Source: Candidatus Thorarchaeota archaeon (GTDB lineage: Archaea; Asgardarchaeota; Thorarchaeia; Thorarchaeales; Thorarchaeaceae). From it: DNA of 49,939 bases. The DNA is taken from NCBI GenBank assembly GCA_029858305.1, contig JAOUFI010000012.1, positions 1 through 49,939 on the forward strand, given 5' to 3'. Position numbers and translations under genes: made by a program. Shown here piece by piece: positions 19,045-28,839 of the stretch. The notes under the pieces are model-generated. The model saw only the letters and a list, made by a program, of their open reading frames with translations, had not been told where the DNA came from and did no database searches. Positions within the stretch are counted from its first letter, which is position 1; the number at the start of each line of letters is the position of its first letter.

Positions 19045-20240
19045 TATGAAACCGCCTCCTTGATACATTCTTCCACAGTTCGTATCTCTGTCTTGAACTT
19101 ATTTTTCCCACGTGCATAGTAACAGGCTTTTGCAGAATCTGTCATCAATCCTGTGAATCTACCCTTCAATGGTGCTACTGCACAACAGGCATCAGCAACA
19201 AGATATGCTCCCGCTTTCTCAATTTGGTCATAATATCCCATCTTGATAGCAAGGTCTTTCGTGGGTTTTGCTGTAGTAATCCAAACAGTCTTTCCTTCAG
19301 TTACCTTCTTCCCCTTGAGCATGTCTACAATTTTTGCGATTTCCTTGATACTGGCATGAGGACAGCCTACACTGATGAAATCTATATTGGCTTCTTTATC
19401 ATCAAGCTCGGCTCGAGCTTTGTTCAAATCCTCCTCAGTGACAATCTCGGTTTTCTCAGGAATGGGTGTCCTGTTAGGTGTTACTTTCTCCATATGGAAG
19501 ATGGCAATTCCTCCGTATGTCGCCACAGATGCGCAGAATGATTTCAATTCGTCAGTAGTAGCGTTCCCTATTCCTGTGATATAGGGGATTTGTTTGCCAG
19601 TTCTGTTTCCAATGATTTGTCCTAAAAGTCCAAATTCATCGGTGCTCATCAGGTCTGCAAGAACATCATATTTGACCTGAGCAACTCTGTTCTCATCGAG
19701 ATGGAATCCGTACTCAGCAGTCACTCCAGTGAGTGCAGCGGCAAGAGCACTAGGTCCACCTTCTCTATTAGTATATGCGCCAATGACAGAATTGGCGAAA
19801 CACACTGCAGAGGACTCAGCCCACGCAATGTGTTCGCCATAATGAGGTAAATTGCCCATGAGGTAGGGTGTACAAGTGCAGGTTGTCACCACACCCATCT
19901 TTTCAAATGCATCAACAACTCTTTGTTGATTTTCCGCAAAGTCCTCGCTTATTCCATGTTTCTTCCATTCAACCATATCCATACCAGCAGGATTTAGCGT
20001 GGTAAGTACACGAGTCTGACCGTCCTCAGCCATCTCATTGAGATACTCCAGACCTGCCTCACCAAGATTATCGTAGGAAACTCCTGCAATCTGAACGCTT
20101 GACACAGGGATCAATCGCTTGGCTCCATAAATTTCGCCAAGGGCCACAACAATCTCCATGGCTTTGCGAGTTGCCTTTCCCTGTTTACCCTTAAGCATCT
20201 TTTTCTCTTCGATTGTTAGTTCTAGGACCATCTTACTCAC
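19044..20240 (-). CDS. Phosphomevalonate dehydratase large subunit (AcnX, DUF521)
   Basis: QIAGVSYDNLG, CTCTPY, WAESSA, NREGGPSAL, GCPH, TDSAKACYY. Confidence 0.92.
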   Translation of the reverse strand: MSKMVLELTIEEKKMLKGKQGKATRKAMEIVVALGEIYGAKRLIPVSSVQIAGVSYDNLGEAGLEYLNEMAEDGQTRVLTTLNPAGMDMVEWKKHGISEDFAENQQRVVDAFEKMGVVTTCTCTPYLMGNLPHYGEHIAWAESSAVCFANSVIGAYTNREGGPSALAAALTGVTAEYGFHLDENRVAQVKYDVLADLMSTDEFGLLGQIIGNRTGKQIPYITGIGNATTDELKSFCASVATYGGIAIFHMEKVTPNRTPIPEKTEIVTEEDLNKARAELDDKEANIDFISVGCPHASIKEIAKIVDMLKGKKVTEGKTVWITTAKPTKDLAIKMGYYDQIEKAGAYLVADACCAVAPLKGRFTGLMTDSAKACYYARGKNKFKTEIRTVEECIKEAVS

Positions 20241-21540
20241 CCATGAACTTCTTCAAATCGACTTCTGGGAACTTTGCCTTGTCAAAGCTTTTACCCTTAC
20301 TCTCTAACTTCTTTGTACAGTCAAATCCGCACTTAGTGGTTAGGTTTGTTCCAGGCTCTGCGCTCGGGTCCAAGGAACTACCTGTTTCCTTGTCTTTGAT
20401 TAATAAATCCACATCCGCTTGAAAACGTGTGGCCATAGCCCATTCTCGTTCCTCATCCGAGTATATATCGATATCATCATCATAGACCCAGATGTGCTTC
20501 GCGCTCCTATGACCAGAAAAAGCTGCTTCCAATGTTTGAAGGCCATCGTCCTCATTCTTCTTTCTAATCTTAACAGCCACGTGTAACCAACTAGCCCCGC
20601 CAGGAGTGATATGCACATCAAGAACGTCAATCCCCTTGTCCTTCACTTTCCTGAATACAGTTGGTTCTCTGGGCATTCCCATCAGAATCTTGTGCTCTGA
20701 CCTTCCGGGTAGTAAGGCTTGCCAGATTGCAGTCTTCCTGTGAGTAATTTTCTTCACTTCGAAAACTGGTTCTTGCCTAACAACATCTACAGTTTCAGTA
20801 AGGTCGATGAAAGGGCCCTCACTATGCTTATCTTCAAGAGTAATCCTCCCCTCTAGCACAAACTCAGAGTCTGCAGGAATCATCAGATCAACAGTTTTGG
20901 CTTTTACTATCGAAATTTTCTGAAGTGCATTAGCAATTTCTAGCTCATCAACACCAGTTTCCACTGATGTGGCTGCTGCTACGAGAATCTCAGGTGTGTT
21001 TCCAATACAGAACGCAACATCAACTTCTCCGTTCTTCTCCAGATATTTGTGGAAATCTCTTCCTCTCACCACTCTCGCTACCATTCTGTCCTTTCCTATC
21101 TGCATGGCTCTATGAAAGTCAAGATTCTGACCATATTCAGGATCTGCAGCAACTACAACGCCAGAAGAGATGTACGGCCCTCCGTCCACCTTATTATGCA
21201 GAAGGATTGGCAGCATGTCAAGATCAACTGAGTTCTCAATAATCTCTTGGCATGGTGCCTTTTTGACTTGTTCAGGGGGGCTTCTGTTCTCTATTGCCTT
21301 GGCTAATACAGGAATAATTTGTTCTGCCTGAATTCCAAAATAGTCAGCAATTTGCATCTTGTTACAGAATAGGTTTCCAGCAACTCGAAATACACTCTCT
21401 TTCACATGCTCAAACAAGACGGGTTTTGGTTCGAGGCTTTTCAGAACACCAGCAATTTCGAGGTTTTTCGAGATTTCTTTCTTAATTGTAGAGATTTCCC
21501 CTTCTTTCTGCAGTTTTTTGATATAATTCTCAAGTATCAT
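20233..21540 (-). CDS. UbiD-family prFMN decarboxylase, probable anhydromevalonate phosphate decarboxylase
   Basis: DGGPYISSG, EGPFID, WAMATRFQ, GSSLDPS; operon with mvk and AcnX. Confidence 0.88.
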   Translation of the reverse strand: MILENYIKKLQKEGEISTIKKEISKNLEIAGVLKSLEPKPVLFEHVKESVFRVAGNLFCNKMQIADYFGIQAEQIIPVLAKAIENRSPPEQVKKAPCQEIIENSVDLDMLPILLHNKVDGGPYISSGVVVAADPEYGQNLDFHRAMQIGKDRMVARVVRGRDFHKYLEKNGEVDVAFCIGNTPEILVAAATSVETGVDELEIANALQKISIVKAKTVDLMIPADSEFVLEGRITLEDKHSEGPFIDLTETVDVVRQEPVFEVKKITHRKTAIWQALLPGRSEHKILMGMPREPTVFRKVKDKGIDVLDVHITPGGASWLHVAVKIRKKNEDDGLQTLEAAFSGHRSAKHIWVYDDDIDIYSDEEREWAMATRFQADVDLLIKDKETGSSLDPSAEPGTNLTTKCGFDCTKKLESKGKSFDKAKFPEVDLKKFMGE

Positions 21541-21552
21541 TATCTTATTACC

Positions 21553-22494
21553 TCACAATCCAAATGTAGTTGTCCAGACACCTGCAGCCTTTGCACGCTC
21601 AAGGGCTTGCGCAATTTTCTTCATTGTTAACTTATCAGGTGCAAGAGCAATCATATTTCCGCCCCGACCTGTTCCAGTCATTTTGGCACCAAGTGCTCCA
21701 TTTCTTCTGGCTATCTCAACCAGATCGTCCAGCTCCGTACAGGACACTGTCATCTCCTGTAGCAGTTCGTGGTTTCTATTCATTAGATCGCCTACTCTCT
21801 GAAGATCATCATGAAGGAGCGCATCTCTTCCATCATGGACAAGTTGTTTGTATTCACTAGACAGTTTTTCAAACCAAGCAGAATTTTCGTCTCTCTTCTT
21901 CCTTACGTCTCCAACTACCTCCTTGGTACTTGCAGTAATACCAGTAGATGCAATCACCAAGTGTACCGGCTTTCTAAGTTTGAGTGTTTCAAACTTGGGT
22001 GGTCCACCATCTAGGTCTCTTGTAAACCATACGAGTCCTCCGTATGTTGAGGCTGTATTATCAATCCCAGATGGTGTTCCATGATACCCTTTCTCTCCTT
22101 CATATGCTGCTTGATTGATCTGTTCATCATCAAAACCCAGTGAATATTCATCGTTCAGAGCTCGGGCGATTGCAACAGAGCTTGCCGCACTCGCTCCTAT
22201 ACCAGAAGCGCAGACCAAGTCTCCACCCAGTTCAATTTGAAATCCCAATTCTTTCGTGTCGATATTGCAATACTTGAGTATGTTTTGAATGGAAACATTC
22301 TGCTCTCCGCTTTTCTCTTTCTTGTACCCGGGTACAGCTGGCCTTTTGTCCTTGAGCACCCATCCTGCAGTTTGTTTCCTTGTTACTTTTGCTACTGTTT
22401 CTGATGAGATTCCTGCAGCAAGTGCAGGCAATCCATAGACAACAAAATGCTCGCCAAAAAGAATTGTCTTTCCTTTGCCTGAACCGATTCCCAT
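21553..22494 (-). CDS. mvk: Mevalonate kinase
   Basis: GKTILFGEHFVVYG, GIGASAA, HGTPSGID, GAKMTGTGRGG. Confidence 0.93.
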   Translation of the reverse strand: MGIGSGKGKTILFGEHFVVYGLPALAAGISSETVAKVTRKQTAGWVLKDKRPAVPGYKKEKSGEQNVSIQNILKYCNIDTKELGFQIELGGDLVCASGIGASAASSVAIARALNDEYSLGFDDEQINQAAYEGEKGYHGTPSGIDNTASTYGGLVWFTRDLDGGPPKFETLKLRKPVHLVIASTGITASTKEVVGDVRKKRDENSAWFEKLSSEYKQLVHDGRDALLHDDLQRVGDLMNRNHELLQEMTVSCTELDDLVEIARRNGALGAKMTGTGRGGNMIALAPDKLTMKKIAQALERAKAAGVWTTTFGL

Positions 22495-22591
22495 TCTCTC
22501 TCACCGTTCTGGCTTGTGAACGAGCCGTAGTCTTTCGGTGCTTTTGAACCCTTCCTTCGACAATAGTGTATTCTGAAATTAAAAGAAGAAA

Positions 22592-22668
22592 TGGTGGGCC
22601 GGAGGCGATTTGAACGCCCGATCCCTTGGATCCGAACCAAGAATCATACCAAACTAGACCACCGACCC
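22592..22668 (-). tRNA. tRNA-Pro(CGG), CCA encoded
   Basis: GGGTCGG/CCGGCCC acceptor, A73, anticodon arm CTTGG-TTCGGAT-CCAAG, T arm GGGCG-TTCAAAT-CGCCT. Confidence 0.95.
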
Positions 22669-23529
22669 ATGGTTCGAATCAGTCCCTCTTGGATTGGATT
22701 TAATCATTTCGTTAAAACGTTCTCTTAACCACCCAATACTGCCAAGAAAGAGTCCATCTATACTAAATGCCTCAGACTCGATGAGGTTTACACATGAATT
22801 ATCGAAGAACGGACCTGGTAGTTTTGAATTGGGCGAATTGATGGCAATCCCTGTCACAATCTTGTTGAAACTCGGCAAAGTGACAAGTTTTGCATACTTA
22901 TCATTAGGAATTTCTAACACCCCTAAATTCTGCCTGACGCAGTTCTTGTTCAATTTTGAGTGAAGGATGACGGGCAGAGATCCGGCATATCTCCTTCTAT
23001 TATCCCGTCCGATGTTTGAGCTTGATACAGTATGAAACCTACTCACCGAAGGATGACTATGTCCCATAACAAACAGCGAAGCATCAAGTAAATCTGGCGT
23101 GGGCCAAGCATGTCCATGAATTAGGCTCACTTTTTCTTCCTCCTTTCCAATCAAAACACCACGAACATCAGCTAATTCCACGTTTCGTGGAAGCAATGCT
23201 TCAAGATCTCCATCATGATTTCCAGGTATCACTACAGTTCTCACAACAGCCGATAAATCAGACATGAAATCGGGGATAATGTCCCAATTATATGGAATAT
23301 CTGTCATGATTGTATGTTTTACATCTCCGATAACATACAACATTTGCACATCGTGCTTTTCGACTAAAGTTTCAATTCGCTCAAGAATACTAACATGTTG
23401 TAGTGGAAAGTGAACACCTTTTTCTTCTGAAATCTCCTCCTCAAAACCTAGATGAAGGTCTGAAATTAGTAGGACTGACGCATTATCCCTACGGACTACC
23501 ATGCCTCTATCTTCAAATATTAGTTCCAT
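22654..23529 (-). CDS. Calcineurin-like metallophosphoesterase (Lhr-associated ICC-like type)
   Basis: SDLHLG, GDVKH, PGNHD, HGH, GHSHP, LPSFN. Confidence 0.9.
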   Translation of the reverse strand: MELIFEDRGMVVRRDNASVLLISDLHLGFEEEISEEKGVHFPLQHVSILERIETLVEKHDVQMLYVIGDVKHTIMTDIPYNWDIIPDFMSDLSAVVRTVVIPGNHDGDLEALLPRNVELADVRGVLIGKEEEKVSLIHGHAWPTPDLLDASLFVMGHSHPSVSRFHTVSSSNIGRDNRRRYAGSLPVILHSKLNKNCVRQNLGVLEIPNDKYAKLVTLPSFNKIVTGIAINSPNSKLPGPFFDNSCVNLIESEAFSIDGLFLGSIGWLRERFNEMIKSNPRGTDSNHGSVV

Positions 23530-23583
23530 CGTTGGTTACAGTTCAATGATACAACATTTTAACCTCGTTGTATTAGACAAAGA

Positions 23584-23979
23584 ATGAATGTCATGGCTCT
23601 ATCATTAATTGAAGTGAGGAAACTCTCAGGAGAGAGCCTCACTCAAAGCGACATCGAGTATTTTCGAAACAAGTATGGAAAAAGGTTTGTCAGAGCACTT
23701 CAGGTTGTTGAGGAGAATAAGGTAACGAAGTATCTGTTTCAACCAAGCAACACCGCAACATGGATAGTAAAAGGTCGGACTCGACAGTACATGGTTATCC
23801 CCAAGATTTATTGTACCTGCAGAAGTTTCTATCAAGATGTCGTAATTTCCCGAGAAATCAGTATGTGTTATCACCTTCTGGCACAACAGATTGCGGAAAT
23901 TCGAGATTTATATCATACTATCAACTCCACAGATGTGGAACGTCGGAAGATGTATGTTGAATGGCGGCGAACAGACTGA
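23584..23979 (+). CDS. SWIM zinc-finger protein
   Basis: YCTC...MCYHLLA (CxC-xn-CxH). Confidence 0.85.
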   Translation: MNVMALSLIEVRKLSGESLTQSDIEYFRNKYGKRFVRALQVVEENKVTKYLFQPSNTATWIVKGRTRQYMVIPKIYCTCRSFYQDVVISREISMCYHLLAQQIAEIRDLYHTINSTDVERRKMYVEWRRTD

Positions 23980-24073
23980 AAGGCTAACGATTCAATATTC
24001 GTACTGAAGATAACTTTAAAACACGCCCTCAAGTTTGGCATTTTGACTGCGCAAAGAGGTCGGATACATCAAG

Positions 24074-25159
24074 ATGAATCAGCTCAGAACGATTCCTAGA
24101 ATACTTGCATTAGCCTTAACAGTGATACTACTGTTATCGAGCTTTCAAATGACTGTTCAAGCCCAAACTGACCTTGATCCAATCGTTGTTGTTTTTGACG
24201 CTAGTCATTCTCCACAATTTGCTGCTGATAATCCACTGGGCTTAAAGTTGGTACTAGATCTTGTTAATGAATCCACGAGATACATAGTTCGTATCAATGA
24301 AGCTCCGCTTACCGACGAGGTTCTCAATGATACTGACATCTTGATAATTGCTGCTCCTGATGTAGTTTCGCCTTTCACAACCTCAGAGTTTAATGGAATC
24401 AGTGAGATGCTGGCAAATGGTAGTTCATTATTCCTTCTTGGAGACCCAGCAATTGGTCAGCAATCAACATACTGGAGCGAATCCCAGATGCAGGATCTTG
24501 GGGAGAACATTGCCATAAACAGACTGCTTGATGGTATCAATATGACTGGAGTCCGATTCAGTAACAATGAAACCCTGACTCATGATTGGTCTGATACAAT
24601 GTTTGACTATGACCATGCGCTAAATGAAAGTGTTCCTTGGCTCTTAAAACTTGATCCAACGACTTGGTCTTACAATCATCCGATTTTCAGAAACATCAAT
24701 GAGCTGTATACAATAACTGCAACTCTCAAACCTATCGGGCTAGTCAGTGGCATTGGACATGGGTATGAGAGTTCCTTTGCTCAGTACCAGATAAGCGTTA
24801 ATGGATGGGCCAATTATTCTCAACCAAATATAACAATAGACGAATATGCGTTGAGGCCACTTTCCTACTCAGCAATCAATGGGACTTTTCCAGCATGGAT
24901 ATCCGCCCTCGAATACGGTTCAAGTAGAATCGTTATCTCAGGATCTACAATAATGTTCACTGGGAAAACATTGGACCTTCAGGACTCTGAGTTGCAGTAT
25001 TTCTATGTAGGAGACAATGCAAGGCTTTTCATGAATATCATTGGCTGGTTGTCCGAGGATTTTGTGGAAACGCCGAGTGCAATTATACCGATGTTAATCA
25101 TATCCTCTGTGATTATGATTATTGGTGTAGCATTCTATCTGTTGAAGAAGATTAGGTGA
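24074..25159 (+). CDS. Type I membrane glycoprotein with probable GIFT (GldG/IFT52/DUF4350-like) domain
   Basis: Signal peptide ending VQA; VVFDASH, LNDTDILIIAAP, NGSSLFLLGD, GSSRIVISGS, NARLFMNIIGWL; C-terminal TM then KKIR. Confidence 0.75.
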   Translation: MNQLRTIPRILALALTVILLLSSFQMTVQAQTDLDPIVVVFDASHSPQFAADNPLGLKLVLDLVNESTRYIVRINEAPLTDEVLNDTDILIIAAPDVVSPFTTSEFNGISEMLANGSSLFLLGDPAIGQQSTYWSESQMQDLGENIAINRLLDGINMTGVRFSNNETLTHDWSDTMFDYDHALNESVPWLLKLDPTTWSYNHPIFRNINELYTITATLKPIGLVSGIGHGYESSFAQYQISVNGWANYSQPNITIDEYALRPLSYSAINGTFPAWISALEYGSSRIVISGSTIMFTGKTLDLQDSELQYFYVGDNARLFMNIIGWLSEDFVETPSAIIPMLIISSVIMIIGVAFYLLKKIR

Positions 25160-25778
25160 GTGCCCACATTGGGGGTTCTAGACCTTCCTCCTTGAGAATT
25201 TCATCAATAAGGTCTCTCAAAAGTGACACTCCTTTCTTCCTCAGGGCATCAGTCATTATAACAGTAGGTTGCCTATCAATCACTGAATCTCTTAGCATCT
25301 GAACAAGAAAATCCAACTCACTCTCAACACGACTAGCCTTTAATTTATCCGCCTTATTTGCAACCACCACCACGCGGGGTGATATCTCACACAAGAACGA
25401 ATAAAATTCAACATCTATAGGTATTTCACCCCGAGAGGACCATCTGTCATGAAGTTCCCTGAACAGAGATAGATCAATGATGAGAACTGACAGTAGGATT
25501 CGGTCACTCCACTTCTCAAGCGATTGAATGATATGCTTCTTAGTTTCTTCAATTTTGGCTTTACTTTGTCCTGCCATAAAACCAAAACCCGGTATATCCA
25601 CAACTGTGAATGATCCCATCTCTATCATTTGTTCCCATCGGGTACTTCCGGGTCGCTTTCCAATTATTACCTTCTTTCCAGTCAGTGCACGAATGATACT
25701 ACTCTTTCCCACGTTGCTTCTACCTACAAATACAATCAATGATGTTGTTTCTTCACCAGTAGGGACGTGTTCTTTCAT
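25152..25778 (-). CDS. engB: GTP-binding protein EngB/YihA family
   Basis: GRSNVGKSS, GKRPGST, DIPGFGFM, NKADK; start uncertain. Confidence 0.9.
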   Translation of the reverse strand: MKEHVPTGEETTSLIVFVGRSNVGKSSIIRALTGKKVIIGKRPGSTRWEQMIEMGSFTVVDIPGFGFMAGQSKAKIEETKKHIIQSLEKWSDRILLSVLIIDLSLFRELHDRWSSRGEIPIDVEFYSFLCEISPRVVVVANKADKLKASRVESELDFLVQMLRDSVIDRQPTVIMTDALRKKGVSLLRDLIDEILKEEGLEPPMWALT

Positions 25779-28593
25779 ACTGTAGCTCTCCTTTGGCAAT
25801 TGCTCTTAGGATATCAAGTCTTTCTGTTAGTCCGGGCTCAAGAATTCGTGATGCAGTGGTTGCACCAATACCACGCCCCGCCAATACTAGGAGCGCATTT
25901 TTTCCATACCTTGAAACAAGTTCTGCTGTAAGCACCGCTGCTTTGTACCTCTTCTCTTCACTCCTTGTAAGGGATTCTCCTCTAACACGTTTAGCAATCA
26001 ACTTTGTGAAGTCCTTTTCCGAAATTGAGAGCACCGCTATCATTTTCGAACCGCAAATAGGGCATTCAACTGTTTCCTCGAAGGTTGATATGGTTCTGAC
26101 AGAATCCCAGTGACCTTGAGCCATGCAGACCATCCTAAACTGCTTAGTTAGAAGACGTTCCTCCATCATCCGTAGTACTTCGTTCTCTTCAGTTATCTCT
26201 CCTATTACCTCAAAACGCGTCTTCTCTTCTATGATGAGTCGTGCAAGAGGTGAAGGCTTTGCAGTTTTGACCACATGGATTTTTAATTCGCCTTTAGAGA
26301 ATCTAGTAAAGACCTCTAGGGCTCGTTTCTGATCCATTTTTTCTTCGAGGACTTCACGCATAGCCTCATCGAACACTGGTGTTCCTTCGAATGATTTAAT
26401 GAGATATTTCACTGGAATTTCTTTGGATTTTGCTTCTTTTCGAATAACGTCCATCTTTCTTGCTACATGCACAAATCTTGAGGCAAAATTCTGTGTATGC
26501 TTTACTGCTAATTCTAGAATATGTGATGCCTGATTGGCCGAATACTCTCGCAACACATCAAGTAAGTGCTCCGGATTAATCTCTTCACTCGAGGTGAATA
26601 AGATTCGATATGGATCTCTTTCAACGGCCACACCAATACCAAGCCGTGTTGTTAGAAGTGAAGCGATTACAATTCCTAGGGTTTCATTAGCCCTAGTTCC
26701 AAGTGGTGCATGAAGAATGATACCCGTTCCACATATTTCGAGAATGAATTTGTCTGCAGAAGGAAGGTCACCCAAAACATCCATGGTTTCATTGATAGTT
26801 TCAATAATGTGGTTCTGAGCGTGCCCAGACACTCCATACTCATGATTAAGCCACCTCCTAAATTCTCTATCCTCTTTGGTCATAACTAAATTCCATACTT
26901 TCGCTACTTCTGTAGCCACTTCATATGGAACAGGAATCATCTCTCCCACCCACCGAGGTGCATCAATATCAATACTTGTTACTGGTGAACACATCACCTC
27001 TCCACTACTCTCATCCACACTTACAACAGTCCAAGGTCTACCTCGAATAACAAACACTGAGCCCGCCTCAACATTTGCAGTAACATAGTCCTCGTCCAGG
27101 ACTCCTATAGAGGTCCTAGTGGTAATATCCACCGCGTTGACCTGTTTAATATCAGGAATCGTACTTAATCGTTCATAATAGAACATGCGTGTTCTTGAAC
27201 TCTTAGAAATTCTTGAACCATTTATTTCCAAAAGTCTTCGTCCCGCCATGAACTGGAGAAGCGTGTCCATCTCAGAATTGGATATATCCGAAAAGGGATA
27301 CGCATTTCTCACTAATTCCTGAAGCTCAGGCCTCTCAATTTCACCAACATCCAATAAAAATCCTGAAATCTGATGTCCAAGAACGTCCCACGCTTTCATT
27401 GGGATTCTTGCGTCTTCGACCTTATTCTGCCGAGCTCTTCTGATTATCACACCTGATTCAACTATATCATCAAGATTAATTGTTGAAATTACAATCCCTT
27501 TTGAGGTGCGGCCCACTCCATGACCCGACCTTCCAACACGCTGTACTAGTCTTGAAACTTCTCTAGGGGATGAATATTGAATTACTAGATCTGCTTGCCC
27601 AATATCAATACCAAGCTCCAGACTTGATGTAGCGATTATTGCTTTTGAGCTTCCATTCTTCAGGCGATCTTCTGCAGTCAGTCGAGCATTCTTTGATAAT
27701 GACCCATGATGAACATCAAACTCAAGAGATGGTTTTAATGCTCGCATCTTAACACCAAGGACCTCTGCAAAAGACCTCGTATTGGTGAATACTAGTACTG
27801 AGTTATGAGTTTCAATCAATTGAATTATCTCTTCGAGTCTTGCAACAGAGGGCCCTGGATAGGATATCTTTCTACCAAGTGTCTTATCCCGGTCGGTTGG
27901 CAAAGGCATATCCACTTTTAGGTCCAATTTTTGATTATCATAACCCGCCCATAGCGTCTTGATGGGTTCTGCTCCACTAAGGAGTTTAGCGACCTCGTCT
28001 GGATTTCCCACTGTTGCTGAGAGCCCAATTCGTTGGATTTTCGTACTCACCAGTCGCTGCAACCGCTCAAGACCCAAACTGAGTTGCACTCCTCTTTTAC
28101 TACCAGCTAAATCATGAACTTCATCGACTACTACTGCAAAAACAGTCTTCAGATGGTACTGCAGTCTTTTTCCAGGAAGAATCGCTTGTAAAGACTCTGG
28201 CGTAGTAATTAACAGATTGGGAGGCTTGATTGCTTGTTTTCTTCTAGCATATTGTGTTGTATCACCATGTCTAACATCTACGGTGAGCCCCAAGTGCATG
28301 CATAGTTCTTCAATCCTCTTGAACACATCGCGGTTTAAAGCTCTGAGAGGAGTAATATATATGATATAGAATCCGAATAGTTCTCCTCTCTTTGACATTT
28401 GTTGTAGTTTACTAAGTAGTGGGATGATTGCTGCTTCAGTCTTCCCAGTACCAGTAGGTGCTAGAAGGAGACTGTTCATACTATCATTGAGTATGAAAGG
28501 TATTGCCTTCTCCTGAATCGGTGTAGGTTTAACTATACCCTTCGATTTGAGAAAGGCTACAATATCCTTGCTCAGTGGAGTTGGGACGCTCAT
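25753..28593 (-). CDS. lhr: Lhr-family SF2 helicase with C-terminal zinc-binding region
   Basis: APTGTGKT, YITPLRALNRD, DEVH, HHGSLS, SSLELGIDIG, QRVGRSGH; CPICGS. Confidence 0.93.
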   Translation of the reverse strand: MSVPTPLSKDIVAFLKSKGIVKPTPIQEKAIPFILNDSMNSLLLAPTGTGKTEAAIIPLLSKLQQMSKRGELFGFYIIYITPLRALNRDVFKRIEELCMHLGLTVDVRHGDTTQYARRKQAIKPPNLLITTPESLQAILPGKRLQYHLKTVFAVVVDEVHDLAGSKRGVQLSLGLERLQRLVSTKIQRIGLSATVGNPDEVAKLLSGAEPIKTLWAGYDNQKLDLKVDMPLPTDRDKTLGRKISYPGPSVARLEEIIQLIETHNSVLVFTNTRSFAEVLGVKMRALKPSLEFDVHHGSLSKNARLTAEDRLKNGSSKAIIATSSLELGIDIGQADLVIQYSSPREVSRLVQRVGRSGHGVGRTSKGIVISTINLDDIVESGVIIRRARQNKVEDARIPMKAWDVLGHQISGFLLDVGEIERPELQELVRNAYPFSDISNSEMDTLLQFMAGRRLLEINGSRISKSSRTRMFYYERLSTIPDIKQVNAVDITTRTSIGVLDEDYVTANVEAGSVFVIRGRPWTVVSVDESSGEVMCSPVTSIDIDAPRWVGEMIPVPYEVATEVAKVWNLVMTKEDREFRRWLNHEYGVSGHAQNHIIETINETMDVLGDLPSADKFILEICGTGIILHAPLGTRANETLGIVIASLLTTRLGIGVAVERDPYRILFTSSEEINPEHLLDVLREYSANQASHILELAVKHTQNFASRFVHVARKMDVIRKEAKSKEIPVKYLIKSFEGTPVFDEAMREVLEEKMDQKRALEVFTRFSKGELKIHVVKTAKPSPLARLIIEEKTRFEVIGEITEENEVLRMMEERLLTKQFRMVCMAQGHWDSVRTISTFEETVECPICGSKMIAVLSISEKDFTKLIAKRVRGESLTRSEEKRYKAAVLTAELVSRYGKNALLVLAGRGIGATTASRILEPGLTERLDILRAIAKGELQYERTRPYW

Positions 28594-28820
28594 CAGTTAG
28601 TCATCTTTCTCATTAGATGGAGGCATTCATTGATTAAGATACGGATATCGGTTCTGAGAGTGACCTCTGCTTCCTCTGATCTTCTCTCCAACATGCTAAT
28701 AATGTGGTCAATCGATTCGTTTTGATTGTCGAGGTCTTCTATTAGCTCTCTTACACTATCCAAGTTGGAAACATGTGTGGCTATGTTTTCAAAAGCAGTT
28801 TTTAGAATGGAATCAGTCAT
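28593..28820 (-). CDS. Hypothetical helical protein (about 75 aa)
   Basis: ATG 28820; TGA overlaps lhr ATG (translational coupling). Confidence 0.7.
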   Translation of the reverse strand: MTDSILKTAFENIATHVSNLDSVRELIEDLDNQNESIDHIISMLERRSEEAEVTLRTDIRILINECLHLMRKMTN

Positions 28821-28839
28821 GGGGACAACTTCCCGTGAA

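Noticed and set aside
22669-22685. TTCGAACC T-loop-like sequence upstream of tRNA-Pro suggesting a permuted or second tRNA
   Set aside because: No flanking T-stem or acceptor half; the downstream tRNA is already complete.
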